Assembly: GCA_963736115.1 (NCBI GenBank)
Contig: CAVTNR010000013.1
Coordinates: 1-57,661 of the forward strand
Length of the DNA stretch: 57,661 nucleotides
Origin: an uncultured bacterium
Lineage (GTDB): Bacteria; Zhuqueibacterota; QNDG01; DTFT01
Direction of reading: 5' to 3'
The first letter of the stretch is position 1; each line of letters starts with the position of its first letter. Positions 28,764-37,654 of the stretch are shown in pieces. The notes below the pieces were generated by a model. It had not been told where the DNA came from. It saw nothing but the letters and a program-made list of their open reading frames with translations, and did no database searches. The position numbers and the translations under genes were made by a program.

Positions 28764-30092
28764 ATGCAAACCATCGAACAGGCGCTCGCGGCCGCGGCCA
28801 ATTGGGTCTGGGGCATCCCCCTGCTCGTTCTTCTGTTCGGGACGCACCTGTTTCTGACGGTACGGCTCCGTTTCATCCAGCGGTACATCGGCAAGGCGAT
28901 CCGGTTGTCCTTCAGCCGCGAGCGGGAGGGAGCCGGCGACATCAGCCACTTCGGCGCGCTGACCACGGCGCTGGCGGCCACGATCGGTACCGGCAATATC
29001 GTGGGTGTGTCCACGGCCGTCGCTGCGGGTGGGCCGGGCGCGGTGCTCTGGATGTGGCTGACGGGCGTGTTCGGAATCGCCACCAAATACGCGGAAGCGG
29101 TGCTGTCCGTGAAGTACCGCGTCACCGCCCCGAACGGCACCATGGCCGGCGGACCGATGTATGTTCTCGAGCGGGGCATGGGGAAGAAATGGCTGGCCGT
29201 CCTGTTCGCGGCGCTGACCGCGGTCACGGCCTTCGGCATCGGCAATATGGTTCAGGCCAACTCGATTTCGACCCTGGTGCATGACTCGTTCCGCGTGCCG
29301 CCCTGGGTGACGGGCGCCGTCCTGACGCTCTTCACCGCGATCGTCATCCTGGGCGGGATCCGGAGCATCGCCGGGGTCTGCGAACGGCTCGTGCCCTTCA
29401 TGGCCGTGTTCTACATACTCGGCTGCGCGGTTCTGCTGGTGATGCACGCGGACGCCGTGCCGGAAACCCTTCGGGTCATTTTCCAAAGCGCGTTTTCGGG
29501 GCATGCCGCGGTCGGCGGATTCATCGGCGCGGCCGCCCGGGAGGCGATGCGCTACGGCATCGCGCGCGGATTGTTCTCGAACGAGTCGGGTCTGGGCAGC
29601 GCGCCCATTGTCGCGGCCGCGGCACAGACGAAGAATCCCGTGCGGCAGGCGCTTGTCTCCTCGACCGGCACGTTCTGGGACACCGTGGTCGTGTGCGCGT
29701 TGACCGGCATTGTCGTGGTCAATTCGGGAGAATGGATGAACGGACTCAACGGAGCGCGGCTCACCAAGGCGGCGTTCTCCGATATCCCGGTCATCGGCCC
29801 CGCCATTCTGACGGTCGGACTCCTGACCTTCGTTTTTTCCACGATACTGGGATGGTCCTATTACGGGGAGAAAGCCGCGGAATACCTGCTGGGCGGCAGA
29901 ATCATTCTGCCCTACCGCATCGCCTGGGTGGCGTTCGTCATGATCGGGTCGGTGGCGACCATGCCCATGGTCTGGTCCTTCGCGGATATCGCAAACGGGT
30001 TCATGGCGATTCCGAATCTGATCTCCCTGCTGGTCCTGAACGGTGTCATCGTGAAGGAGACGAAAACGTTCCTGTGGGAGAAGCGGTTGTGA
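28764..30092 (+). CDS. Alanine/glycine:cation symporter (AGCS family)
   Basis: ATIGTGNIVGV, GGPGAVLWMW, GGPMY, RGLFSNESGLGS, GWSYYGE. Confidence 0.95.
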   Translation: MQTIEQALAAAANWVWGIPLLVLLFGTHLFLTVRLRFIQRYIGKAIRLSFSREREGAGDISHFGALTTALAATIGTGNIVGVSTAVAAGGPGAVLWMWLTGVFGIATKYAEAVLSVKYRVTAPNGTMAGGPMYVLERGMGKKWLAVLFAALTAVTAFGIGNMVQANSISTLVHDSFRVPPWVTGAVLTLFTAIVILGGIRSIAGVCERLVPFMAVFYILGCAVLLVMHADAVPETLRVIFQSAFSGHAAVGGFIGAAAREAMRYGIARGLFSNESGLGSAPIVAAAAQTKNPVRQALVSSTGTFWDTVVVCALTGIVVVNSGEWMNGLNGARLTKAAFSDIPVIGPAILTVGLLTFVFSTILGWSYYGEKAAEYLLGGRIILPYRIAWVAFVMIGSVATMPMVWSFADIANGFMAIPNLISLLVLNGVIVKETKTFLWEKRL

Positions 30093-30123
30093 TTTGTTCA
30101 TGGGATTATACAAGGAGGTCTCC

Positions 30124-30909
30124 ATGAAGAACAGGTTATCCCGAAAAGTGACGGCCCTCGCCATCCTCGGTGTTGCGGCGGCCATGTGCCAGGACCTGAA
30201 ACCCCTGACCCTTCCGCCTCCGGCCAGGACCGGAGGCATGCCGCTGATGGAGGCGTTGAACAAGCGGCAGACAATTCGCACCATATCCGGGGAAAAACTG
30301 GAGACACAGACCGTCTCCAATCTGCTTTGGGCCGCTTTCGGCGTGAACCGGGAAAACGGGCCCCGGGGCAAGACCGGCCGGACCGCGCCATCCGCCATGA
30401 ACCTGCAGGAGATAGATATATACATCGCCATGCCCGAGGGTGTTTATCTGTACGAACCGGTCCCGCACAGTCTGAAACCGGTGGTCGCAAAGGATGTCCG
30501 CTCCCTGGCAAACCGGCGTTCCGAGGCGGCGAAGGCGCCCATGATGTTGATCTACGTCATTGACACGGAAAAGAAACCGGGTCCTCCTTCGGGAGGTCCT
30601 CCGCCGCAACCGGGCGTCCCGTCGCAGAAACCCGCACTTCAGGGACAGAAGGCTCCGGAAGGGACTGCTCCTCCGCCGGCCGTGCCGCAGGGTCCGCCGG
30701 CAGGAGCGACTTCCGGCGGCATCCCCGGCTTCGGCGAGGTGGACACGGGGTTCATCGGTCAGAACGTGTACCTGTTCTGCGCCTCCGAGGGGCTGGCCGC
30801 CTGGTTCCACGGCACGAACAAGGAAGGCCTGGCCGAGGCTTTGAATCTGCCGGATACGAAAAAGGTGCTTTGGGCCCAGACCGTCGGGGTTCCGGAAAAA
30901 ATCCAGTAG
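30124..30909 (+). CDS. Nitroreductase family (SagB/ThcOx-like) protein with a signal peptide and Pro-rich insertion
   Basis: GGMPLMEALNKRQTIR, LLWAAFGVNR, RTAPSAMNLQ, DTGFIGQNVYLFCASEGL; AAGGAGG RBS. Confidence 0.88.
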   Translation: MKNRLSRKVTALAILGVAAAMCQDLKPLTLPPPARTGGMPLMEALNKRQTIRTISGEKLETQTVSNLLWAAFGVNRENGPRGKTGRTAPSAMNLQEIDIYIAMPEGVYLYEPVPHSLKPVVAKDVRSLANRRSEAAKAPMMLIYVIDTEKKPGPPSGGPPPQPGVPSQKPALQGQKAPEGTAPPPAVPQGPPAGATSGGIPGFGEVDTGFIGQNVYLFCASEGLAAWFHGTNKEGLAEALNLPDTKKVLWAQTVGVPEKIQ

Positions 30910-30967
30910 AATCGATCCAGGCATTATCCGGACACGGGTCCGTCACGGTGACCGAAAGGAGCAAGGC

Positions 30968-32203
30968 ATGAGTCCCATGATCACGGCCGGTATCGGGTTC
31001 TGTTCAGTCTGTCTGTTCTGCATGTCCCTGGCGGGAGGAACGCCGTCCGCGGACGTCAAAGCCCTCGCCAAGGAAGTCAACGCGGACATCCGGAAGGCCG
31101 ATAATATGCTGGACAAGGCCGCGGCCAAAGCCCTGGTCGCCGGGATCCGTGTCAAGATAGACCGGATCCGGTCCATGGATCCCGATTACGTCGAACTCCG
31201 CGCCTTCGAGACAAAATACAAGAGACTGGCCGGATTGTACGGCGGTCCAGCCCCATCCGCGCCTCCGGCATCCCCGCAAACTCCGGCCCCGTCCGGAATC
31301 GACGCGGCGACAAAGGACTGGGAAGCCCTCGCGGCCCTGCATCAGGGTTTCATCGGCCGGCTGGAGGAAATCATTCCGACCCACGTGAAAAGTGTCATCT
31401 ATACCGAGGCCGGCGTAGACGCCGTGATCGCCAAAATCGCCGATCTGCGGCGGGAGGCGCCTTCCGTGAAGGCCGGGGTGGAGGCGTTCGCGAAGAAATA
31501 CGGCCGCGACCGAAACGCGATCGACGACAAGATGGAGACGCTCAGGGATCCCAAAAACCGGAGGCCCTCTCCGCCGGCGGGGGAGTGCCTGCAGGAGCTG
31601 ACCGACGGCCTGACCAACCTCGACGAGGCGCCCCGGCTGGAGGCGAAGAAAATTCTCACCGACGCGCTCCGGGCCCTTGACCGCATCGAAGGATTCGTCG
31701 CGGACACCGAGCGGGACAAGCGATACGCACAGGTGGACGCGAAGCTCAGGCTCGGGTTGAAATTCAATCCCGCGGATGCGGAAATCAGGGATTGGGTCGC
31801 GAAAGTCGCGGCCCTGCGGCAGAAATCGAAGGCCGATATCGAAAAGTCCATGGACGAGGCCCGGTTCCCGGGACCCTTCGCCGGATTCACCGGACCCGGC
31901 ACACCGGCCGATCTGGAGGCCTCCTGCATCCGGTATTTCAACCAGAGCGATCCCTCGCAGACCACGGTGAAAGTCTCCGTCGCGGGCAACTGGGTCGTCG
32001 CCAAGAAAAACATTTTCGGCGAACCCGTTCAGTGGGGTCTGCCCATCTGGGCCGCGGGATCGCATCACGACGACCCGTCGACGGCCCGCGTCTTCAAGAT
32101 GACCATGATCACGGGCGAGGGCCTCGGTATCGCCAAGAGCCCGCCCTGGACCGGAGCCTGGGTGGGCGATTCGTTCCGCATGCGCGCGAAGAACATCCGC
32201 TGA
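30968..32203 (+). CDS. Hypothetical exported protein
   Basis: 411-aa ORF with AAGGAG RBS, signal-peptide-like N-terminus and genome-typical codon usage. Confidence 0.8.
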   Translation: MSPMITAGIGFCSVCLFCMSLAGGTPSADVKALAKEVNADIRKADNMLDKAAAKALVAGIRVKIDRIRSMDPDYVELRAFETKYKRLAGLYGGPAPSAPPASPQTPAPSGIDAATKDWEALAALHQGFIGRLEEIIPTHVKSVIYTEAGVDAVIAKIADLRREAPSVKAGVEAFAKKYGRDRNAIDDKMETLRDPKNRRPSPPAGECLQELTDGLTNLDEAPRLEAKKILTDALRALDRIEGFVADTERDKRYAQVDAKLRLGLKFNPADAEIRDWVAKVAALRQKSKADIEKSMDEARFPGPFAGFTGPGTPADLEASCIRYFNQSDPSQTTVKVSVAGNWVVAKKNIFGEPVQWGLPIWAAGSHHDDPSTARVFKMTMITGEGLGIAKSPPWTGAWVGDSFRMRAKNIR

Positions 32204-32342
32204 CTTTTTCCGATGCGGCGCGTATTTTATTATCCCTTTCACGGGCCTTCCAGATCCGCGGGAGGCCCTGTCCTGGTCCGGCAGAAATCCGTGACCGAGC
32301 GGATGATCCCATTAATGAACCATCCCGAACAGGAGTCCATAC

Positions 32343-33521
32343 ATGACGCGTACCATCCGTTTGCACGGGAAAGCCGTCTTTTTCGTTGTTCTAGCCTGGT
32401 TCGGTACCGCCGCGGCCCAGAACCGGCCCGAACCCACACCCAATGACACGTTGACATCCATCCGCATACAGCCGGACGGACGGGTATGCTTCAGCGTCTA
32501 TGCGCCCAAAGCCTCGTCCGTCAGTCTGGGCGGGACGGACATCCCGGATGTCGGGCCCGCTTCCGTCATGAACCGGAAGGAAAACGGAGTATGGGAGACC
32601 ACGGTCGGTCCGGTTCCCGCGGGCGCCTACAGGTACGTCTTTATCATTGACGGGGTTTCCGTTATGGATCCCAGGAACCCGGCGACCAGCGAATCGAACG
32701 CCAACACCTGGAGCCTTTTTCATGTCCCCGGGGCGGATTTCATGGATGTCCGGGACGTTCCGCACGGCGCGGTGTCTGAGGTTTTCTACCAATCGAAGTC
32801 GCTCGGCCGGGTCAGGCGTATGCATGTTTACACGCCGCCCGGGTACGAGAAGGGGAAGGGGGACTTCCCGGTTTTCTATCTCCTGCATGGCGCCTACGAC
32901 TGCGACGACTCATGGAGTTCGGTGGGCCGGGCCGGAATCATCCTCGACAATCTCATCGCGGAGAAGAAGGCCGTTCCCATGGTCGTGGTCATGCCCGCAG
33001 GGCACACCGGGCCGTTCCGTATCAACGCTGCGGGCGGCACGTCGAGACCTCCCGTGGACGAATTCATCGCGGATTTCACGGACGACATCATGCCCCTTGT
33101 CGAGAGCCGCTATCGCATACGGCCGGGACGGGAAAACCGCGCCATCGCGGGCCTGTCCATGGGCGGCGCGCACACGCTGGCTATCGGTTTCAGCCGTCTG
33201 GACCGTTTCGCCTTTCTCGGTGTGTTCAGCTCAGGCGCATTCAGCACGTCGCCCGGCGCCTTCGGCCGCCAGGAAGGACCGACCTGGGAGGAAAATCACC
33301 GCGCCGCGCTCGATGATCCGTCTTTGAAAAAGGGCCTCCGGCTCGTGTGGCTCGCGACCGGAAAGGACGATTTTCTCCTTCAGATTTCGCGGGACACCGT
33401 GGGAATGCTGAAGAAGCACGGATTCGATGTGGATTACCGGGAAACCGCGGGCGGGCACACGTGGATCAACTGGAGGGAGTATCTGGAGGAGTTCAGTCAG
33501 AGGCTGTTTAAACAACAATAA
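32343..33521 (+). CDS. Secreted CE1-like esterase (Ig/CBM48-like N-domain plus alpha/beta hydrolase)
   Basis: DPRNP, VPHG, VYTPPGY, YLLHG, nucleophile GLSMGG, GGHTWINWR. Confidence 0.9.
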   Translation: MTRTIRLHGKAVFFVVLAWFGTAAAQNRPEPTPNDTLTSIRIQPDGRVCFSVYAPKASSVSLGGTDIPDVGPASVMNRKENGVWETTVGPVPAGAYRYVFIIDGVSVMDPRNPATSESNANTWSLFHVPGADFMDVRDVPHGAVSEVFYQSKSLGRVRRMHVYTPPGYEKGKGDFPVFYLLHGAYDCDDSWSSVGRAGIILDNLIAEKKAVPMVVVMPAGHTGPFRINAAGGTSRPPVDEFIADFTDDIMPLVESRYRIRPGRENRAIAGLSMGGAHTLAIGFSRLDRFAFLGVFSSGAFSTSPGAFGRQEGPTWEENHRAALDDPSLKKGLRLVWLATGKDDFLLQISRDTVGMLKKHGFDVDYRETAGGHTWINWREYLEEFSQRLFKQQ

Positions 33522-33522
33522 A

Positions 33523-33636
33523 AGTTCATAGTTCATGGTTCATAGTTCATAGTTTAAAAAAAAAGGAAAAAGAGAGATTGGATCGGCTTCCTGTTATCTC
33601 CATTAACTATAAACAATGAACCATGAACTATGAACT
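33523..33636. repeat. Inverted pair of 32-nt heptamer arrays
   Basis: (RGTTCAT)n at 33523-33554 and its complement at 33605-33636 (30/32 complementary), with a 50-nt spacer. Confidence 0.85.
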
Positions 33637-33639
33637 GTA

Positions 33640-33683
33640 AAGAAAGCCTTCCGCGGGTCAATCATGCCACGGAAGGCTTTCTT
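33640..33683. terminator. Bidirectional terminator between the esterase and trxA
   Basis: AAGAAAGCCTTCCG / CGGAAGGCTTTCTT perfect 14-bp stem between convergent genes. Confidence 0.8.
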
Positions 33684-33707
33684 GTTTGGAGAAGATCGAG
33701 AAAGAAG

Positions 33708-34016
33708 TTATTTCAGCGCTTCCAGATAATCCGCCTCGGACTGCACGCCGACCATTTCCTTTTCCACCTTTCCGTTCCGGAAAATCAGAACCGTGGGAAT
33801 GCCCGTGATTCCGTATTCGGCCGCGGACTTCGGGTTCTCGTCCACATTCAGTTTGAAGACCTTCGCCTTTCCCTCAGTCTTCGTCGCAACGGATTCGATG
33901 ATGGGTCCGGCCATGCGGCATGGACCGCACCAGGGCGCCCAGAAATCAACGAGCACGGGAAGATCCCCTTTCAGAACGTCTTCCGAGAAAGTGGCGTCTG
34001 TCGTCTGGAGTTCCAT
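33708..34016 (-). CDS. trxA: Thioredoxin
   Basis: VLVDFWAPWCGPCRM; YGITGIPT. Confidence 0.96.
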   Translation of the reverse strand: MELQTTDATFSEDVLKGDLPVLVDFWAPWCGPCRMAGPIIESVATKTEGKAKVFKLNVDENPKSAAEYGITGIPTVLIFRNGKVEKEMVGVQSEADYLEALK

Positions 34017-34097
34017 TTCGATTCTCCTTCGGATTGAATGATTCTTTCAGTTGATTGATGCCGGTCACGCGGGAACCTTCGACCGTATCACGATGTT

Positions 34098-34310
34098 TTA
34101 TGCCGCGTTTGTACGGGGCGCGTCCACCAGCCGGAGCGCGCCGGGAAAGCATTTTAGAACGCATTTGCCGCATCCCGTGCACAGTTCGGAATTGACTTCG
34201 GGCGCGGCGTATCCCTTCTGGGTCAGTGCGCCGGTCGGGCACACCCTCACCGCCGGGCAGGGATGGTTCTGGGGACAGAAGTTTTTCCTCACTTCGAGTG
34301 TTTTATTCAT
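34098..34310 (-). CDS. Small 4Fe-4S binding protein
   Basis: CPQNHPCPAVRVCP and CTGCGKCVLKC. Confidence 0.88.
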   Translation of the reverse strand: MNKTLEVRKNFCPQNHPCPAVRVCPTGALTQKGYAAPEVNSELCTGCGKCVLKCFPGALRLVDAPRTNAA

Positions 34311-34336
34311 GATGGATTTTTCCCCGGATAAGTCGA

Positions 34337-34510
34337 TTATTGCTTATTGAATGCGCCCGAGATCAAAGCGCCCATGACAGCTCCGTATATCGTGCTCCGA
34401 ACGGGGTGGCTGGTCAGCGGGCAGGCGCCGGTCGAGCATCCGATGAAACGGTAATAGGCGTATCCTGCCGCAGCGCCGATGACAATGCCGACTATCAGTC
34501 TGATGGTCAT
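34337..34510 (-). CDS. 57-aa membrane protein (DUF6132-like), absent from the ORF track
   Basis: Hand translation MTIRLIVGIVIGAAAGYAYYRFIGCSTGACPLTSHPVRSTIYGAVMGALISGAFNKQ; AAAGGG RBS; GCxxGxCP motif. Confidence 0.85.
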   Translation of the reverse strand: MTIRLIVGIVIGAAAGYAYYRFIGCSTGACPLTSHPVRSTIYGAVMGALISGAFNKQ

Positions 34511-34537
34511 GAATCAATCCCTTTCGATGTGTTTATA

Positions 34538-34555
34538 ATTGAATATACCGATATT
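34538..34555. promoter_or_regulatory. Candidate ArsR operator, downstream copy
   Basis: ATTGAATAT-ACCG-ATATT; matches the copy at 34842-34859. Confidence 0.55.
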
Positions 34556-34576
34556 CGAATAAACATAGCAAAAAAA

Positions 34577-34840
34577 TTATTTCAGAGATTCCACGATTTT
34601 TCTGGCTTCAGAATTGATCACGGAATAATGCATCTCATTGCCGACTCGCTGAACCTCCAATATGCCGGCTGATTTCAGTATCTGCAGATGCCGCGAAACA
34701 GTCGGCTGGGGAAGGCTCAGGCAGTTCATGATGGAGCCGACATTTTTTTCCCCGGAAATAAGGCCTTCCACGATGCAGTAACGCACCGGGTGGCCGAGGG
34801 CCTTGAGTATTTCGGATTTTTTTTTCTGGTCCTGATTCAT
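34577..34840 (-). CDS. ArsR/SmtB family transcriptional regulator
   Basis: LKALGHPVRYCIV...LPQPTVSRHLQILKSAGIL winged HTH. Confidence 0.93.
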   Translation of the reverse strand: MNQDQKKKSEILKALGHPVRYCIVEGLISGEKNVGSIMNCLSLPQPTVSRHLQILKSAGILEVQRVGNEMHYSVINSEARKIVESLK

Positions 34841-34841
34841 G

Positions 34842-34896
34842 ATTGAATATCCGTATATTTATATATAAATATAGTCGATTTATCTGGAAAATGCAA
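34842..34896 (-). promoter_or_regulatory. sigma70 promoter plus candidate ArsR operator
   Basis: Minus strand TTGCAT-N17-TATATT (34896-34868); dyad ATTGAATAT-CCGT-ATATT at 34842-34859 abutting the ATG. Confidence 0.6.
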
Positions 34897-35103
34897 GTGT
34901 TTTTTTTAAAAAAACGAAATAACCGACAAAACCTTAATTATCAACAAGTAAGGTCGCAACTCCAGTCCCGGATGTGCCTTATGAACCGTGACCGTTCATT
35001 CCATCCGCTTCCATCCTGCGCTTGATATATTGAAATGTTATTTTTACATTAAGAATAACTCGAAGCCTTTCTGAACCTTGATGATCGAAAGGAGAATGGA
35101 TTA

Positions 35104-35913
35104 ATGAAAGCAAATACATCCGAAGAGCAGTTGAAGAAAGCCGTAAAATCCGGCAAAAGGAGATGGATCCCGGCGATTCTAGTGGCGCCGGTTCTTCTCA
35201 TTGTCATTCTGCTGCTTTGCGTTTTCTCGAATCTCGACGGGATCGTGAAGTCCGGAATCGAAAAATACGGGTCCCGCGCCGTCGGAACGGCTGTCACCGT
35301 GAAATCGGTGCGCATCGGGCTGAAAGAGGGCCGGGCCGCGGTTCGCGGGCTGACCGTCGCGAATCCGGATGGATTCAGGCTTAAAAACGCGTTTTCCCTG
35401 GGTGAGATCGGCGCGGGCATCGATATCCGCTCCATCACGGAGGACGTTAAAATAATAGACTCGATCACGGTTCTTGAGCCTGAGATACTGGTGGAGATGA
35501 ACGGGGACAGGACTTTCAATCTGAATGTGATTCTCGGGAATCTCTCCCGGTCCGCTCCTTCTTCAAAGGAGAAAACAGGAGCGCAGAGAACGGAAGATGC
35601 GGATCAGAAACGTAAAACGAAAGAAGAACCTCTGCTGATCATCCGAAATGTTCTGTTCAGAAACGGCGTCATCCGCGGCCGACTCGAGTTCGGGGGAGAT
35701 CGCGAGACGGTCCTGAGGCTGCCTGCTGTTCAAATGCGCAATCTCGGGGCGCCGGACGGGGCGACACCCACGGAGCTCACCAGACAGATCCTCGGTGAAC
35801 TGAGCCGCAGAGCCCTGGCGGAAGTCCGAAAAAAGGCGGTCTCCGCTGCGACGGATAAAGTGAAAAATGAAGCGGAATCAGAGATCCGGAAGAAGATCCT
35901 GAAGGGATTCTGA
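35104..35913 (+). CDS. AsmA/DUF748-like membrane-anchored protein
   Basis: N-terminal TM, then NLDGIVKSGIEKYGS...GLTVANPDGF beta-rich pattern; AAGGAG RBS. Confidence 0.75.
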   Translation: MKANTSEEQLKKAVKSGKRRWIPAILVAPVLLIVILLLCVFSNLDGIVKSGIEKYGSRAVGTAVTVKSVRIGLKEGRAAVRGLTVANPDGFRLKNAFSLGEIGAGIDIRSITEDVKIIDSITVLEPEILVEMNGDRTFNLNVILGNLSRSAPSSKEKTGAQRTEDADQKRKTKEEPLLIIRNVLFRNGVIRGRLEFGGDRETVLRLPAVQMRNLGAPDGATPTELTRQILGELSRRALAEVRKKAVSAATDKVKNEAESEIRKKILKGF

Positions 35914-35944
35914 AGTGACCTGCCTCGGGGAAGCGGGGTCGTTG

Positions 35945-36022
35945 GAACGTGAGAACGTTTACACGTTTAGACGTTTTTTTTCAACCCGGAACTCGGAACC
36001 CGGAACCCGGAATTCTGAACTC
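35945..36022. repeat. Adjacent octamer and heptamer tandem arrays
   Basis: GAACGTGA GAACGTTT ACACGTTT AGACGTTT, then AACCCGG AACTCGG AACCCGG AACCCGG AATTCTG AACTC. Confidence 0.7.
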
Positions 36023-36087
36023 ATATCGTCCGAAAGGCCCGCGAAAAGATACGGGCCATTTCGGACCTACAAGCCTGGTTATTTGAA

Positions 36088-36111
36088 CCCACGGCTGAAG
36101 CCGTGGGCTAC
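36088..36111 (-). repeat. GTAG-type REP palindrome
   Basis: Minus strand GTAG-CCCACGGC-TTCA-GCCGTGGG, perfect 8-bp stem. Confidence 0.7.
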
Positions 36112-36133
36112 TTTAAACCCTGAACGATGAACC

Positions 36134-37654
36134 ATGAATTTAATTAACCGCCGAATTTTTTATGTCGTGTTTCTCGCCTCCGGCCTTATCGCAGGCGATG
36201 TTCCGAACACCCTGGCCCTGCGAAAGTCGACGCCCTTTCAAGCGGTTCTTTTCCCGCCTGCGGATCCCTATTTTTCCTCTCTCCGCGATGTCATCGTGCT
36301 CCTGCAGAAGGCGAATGCCGGCGATCCGCTGGCCCAGCATGAGTTGGGCATCCGGTTTCTGACAGGCCGCAGTTTTTCCGCGGACACGGTCAAGGCCGCT
36401 TACTGGATACGGAAAGCCGCGGAGCAGAAAGTCCTGTCGGCCCGGTACAATCTCGGCCTCCTCGCCAACAACGGCTGGGGCACGGACTGGAACCCGTTCG
36501 AGGCGTACCGGCATTTCCAGGTTGCGGCACAGGAGGGCATGAAAGAGGCGCGGTACGTGTACGGGCTTCTGTTCACCGACGGCCTGGTCGTGGAGCGCGA
36601 TTTCAAGGAGGCGGTTCGATGGGTAGGCCTGGCCGCGGATTCGGGATACGCGCCCGCGAATGAGGCAATGGAGGAATTCAGGCGCAGGGGAATGGCGCCG
36701 GACGCGAAGCTACAGGAACAGAAACCGGATCACTCAGGAAGCGGTACTGTTTCAGCCGAACCGGATTCCCTGAAAGCGGCGGGACAGGCGCGGGAATTTC
36801 CGGAAGCGGATGAAAACGACGTTCGGACGGCACCCAGCCGGGAGCCGGTCGATGCGCTTCTGCCGGGTCATCCGGGAACCGCTTCTGGGGATTCGACAAC
36901 CCTGAAAATGCAGGCCGAGATCGTCCGCATCCTCCGCGAGGCTGAGGCCGGTAGTCCCGAAGCCCTGACGCTGGTCGGCCGATGGCATGAAACCCTGGAC
37001 GGCCCCGCGCGGGACCGTGTGCTTGCGGCCGCCTACTATATGAGAGCCATACGGACGGATTCCCCATGGGCGCCTGAATTGCTGTGGAAGCTGATCCGGA
37101 GGGAGGGATTTTTCGAGGAACTCGGAAGCCGCGCCTTGTCCGGCGACCCGGCCGCGAAATTTGCATGGGCCAATCTGAATGCCTACGGTTATGACCGTCA
37201 ATTGACGGAAGATCGCATCGTATCCTATCTGGAAGAAGCGGCCTCGGCCGGTTACGCTCCGGCTTCGGTTCAGTTCGGCCTGATGGTTCTGTCCGGCCGG
37301 GGTGTGACTCGTGATCCGGATCGAGGGAAGTCTCTGCTTCTCAGAGCCGCTGAGGCGGGCAGTCGAGAGGCGCGGATCCGGCTGTGGATGATGGATCTGG
37401 CGCTGGGCGGAGCAACACCGAATCCGGCCCTGATCGACAGCCTGAGAAAAGCATCGGATGCAGGGTCCATGCTCAGCCAGGAAATACTCGGGGCCTGTTA
37501 CAGGGACGGCATCGGCACTGCCGCCAGTGTGCCGCTTTCCGTGCAGAATTACAGGAAAGCCCTGCAGAGGGGCAGCCGATCCGCTTTCGCGGCACTGAAG
37601 GAAATGTATGACGACCTGCGGCCCGGGGATAAGGAGTTCCGGATCACGGAATAA
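36134..37654 (+). CDS. Sel1-like repeat exported protein
   Basis: AQHELG...AAYWIRKAAEQ, ARYNLG, AVRWVGLAADSG repeats in two blocks. Confidence 0.88.
   Translation: MNLINRRIFYVVFLASGLIAGDVPNTLALRKSTPFQAVLFPPADPYFSSLRDVIVLLQKANAGDPLAQHELGIRFLTGRSFSADTVKAAYWIRKAAEQKVLSARYNLGLLANNGWGTDWNPFEAYRHFQVAAQEGMKEARYVYGLLFTDGLVVERDFKEAVRWVGLAADSGYAPANEAMEEFRRRGMAPDAKLQEQKPDHSGSGTVSAEPDSLKAAGQAREFPEADENDVRTAPSREPVDALLPGHPGTASGDSTTLKMQAEIVRILREAEAGSPEALTLVGRWHETLDGPARDRVLAAAYYMRAIRTDSPWAPELLWKLIRREGFFEELGSRALSGDPAAKFAWANLNAYGYDRQLTEDRIVSYLEEAASAGYAPASVQFGLMVLSGRGVTRDPDRGKSLLLRAAEAGSREARIRLWMMDLALGGATPNPALIDSLRKASDAGSMLSQEILGACYRDGIGTAASVPLSVQNYRKALQRGSRSAFAALKEMYDDLRPGDKEFRITE

Noticed and set aside
28701-30431. 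Long antisense or overlapping ORFs (576 aa here; also 31004-32242, 46213-47481, 15581-16795, 36752-37969, 7349-8497)
   Set aside because: They shadow well-supported genes, lack recognisable motifs, and are expected in high-GC DNA.
30124-30909. SagB-like protein as a RiPP (azole) biosynthesis marker
   Set aside because: No YcaO, precursor peptide or dedicated transporter nearby; stand-alone nitroreductases of this type are common.
33523-33636. Repeat arrays as a CRISPR locus
   Set aside because: Units are 7 nt in tandem with no unique 25-45 nt spacers, and there are no cas genes.
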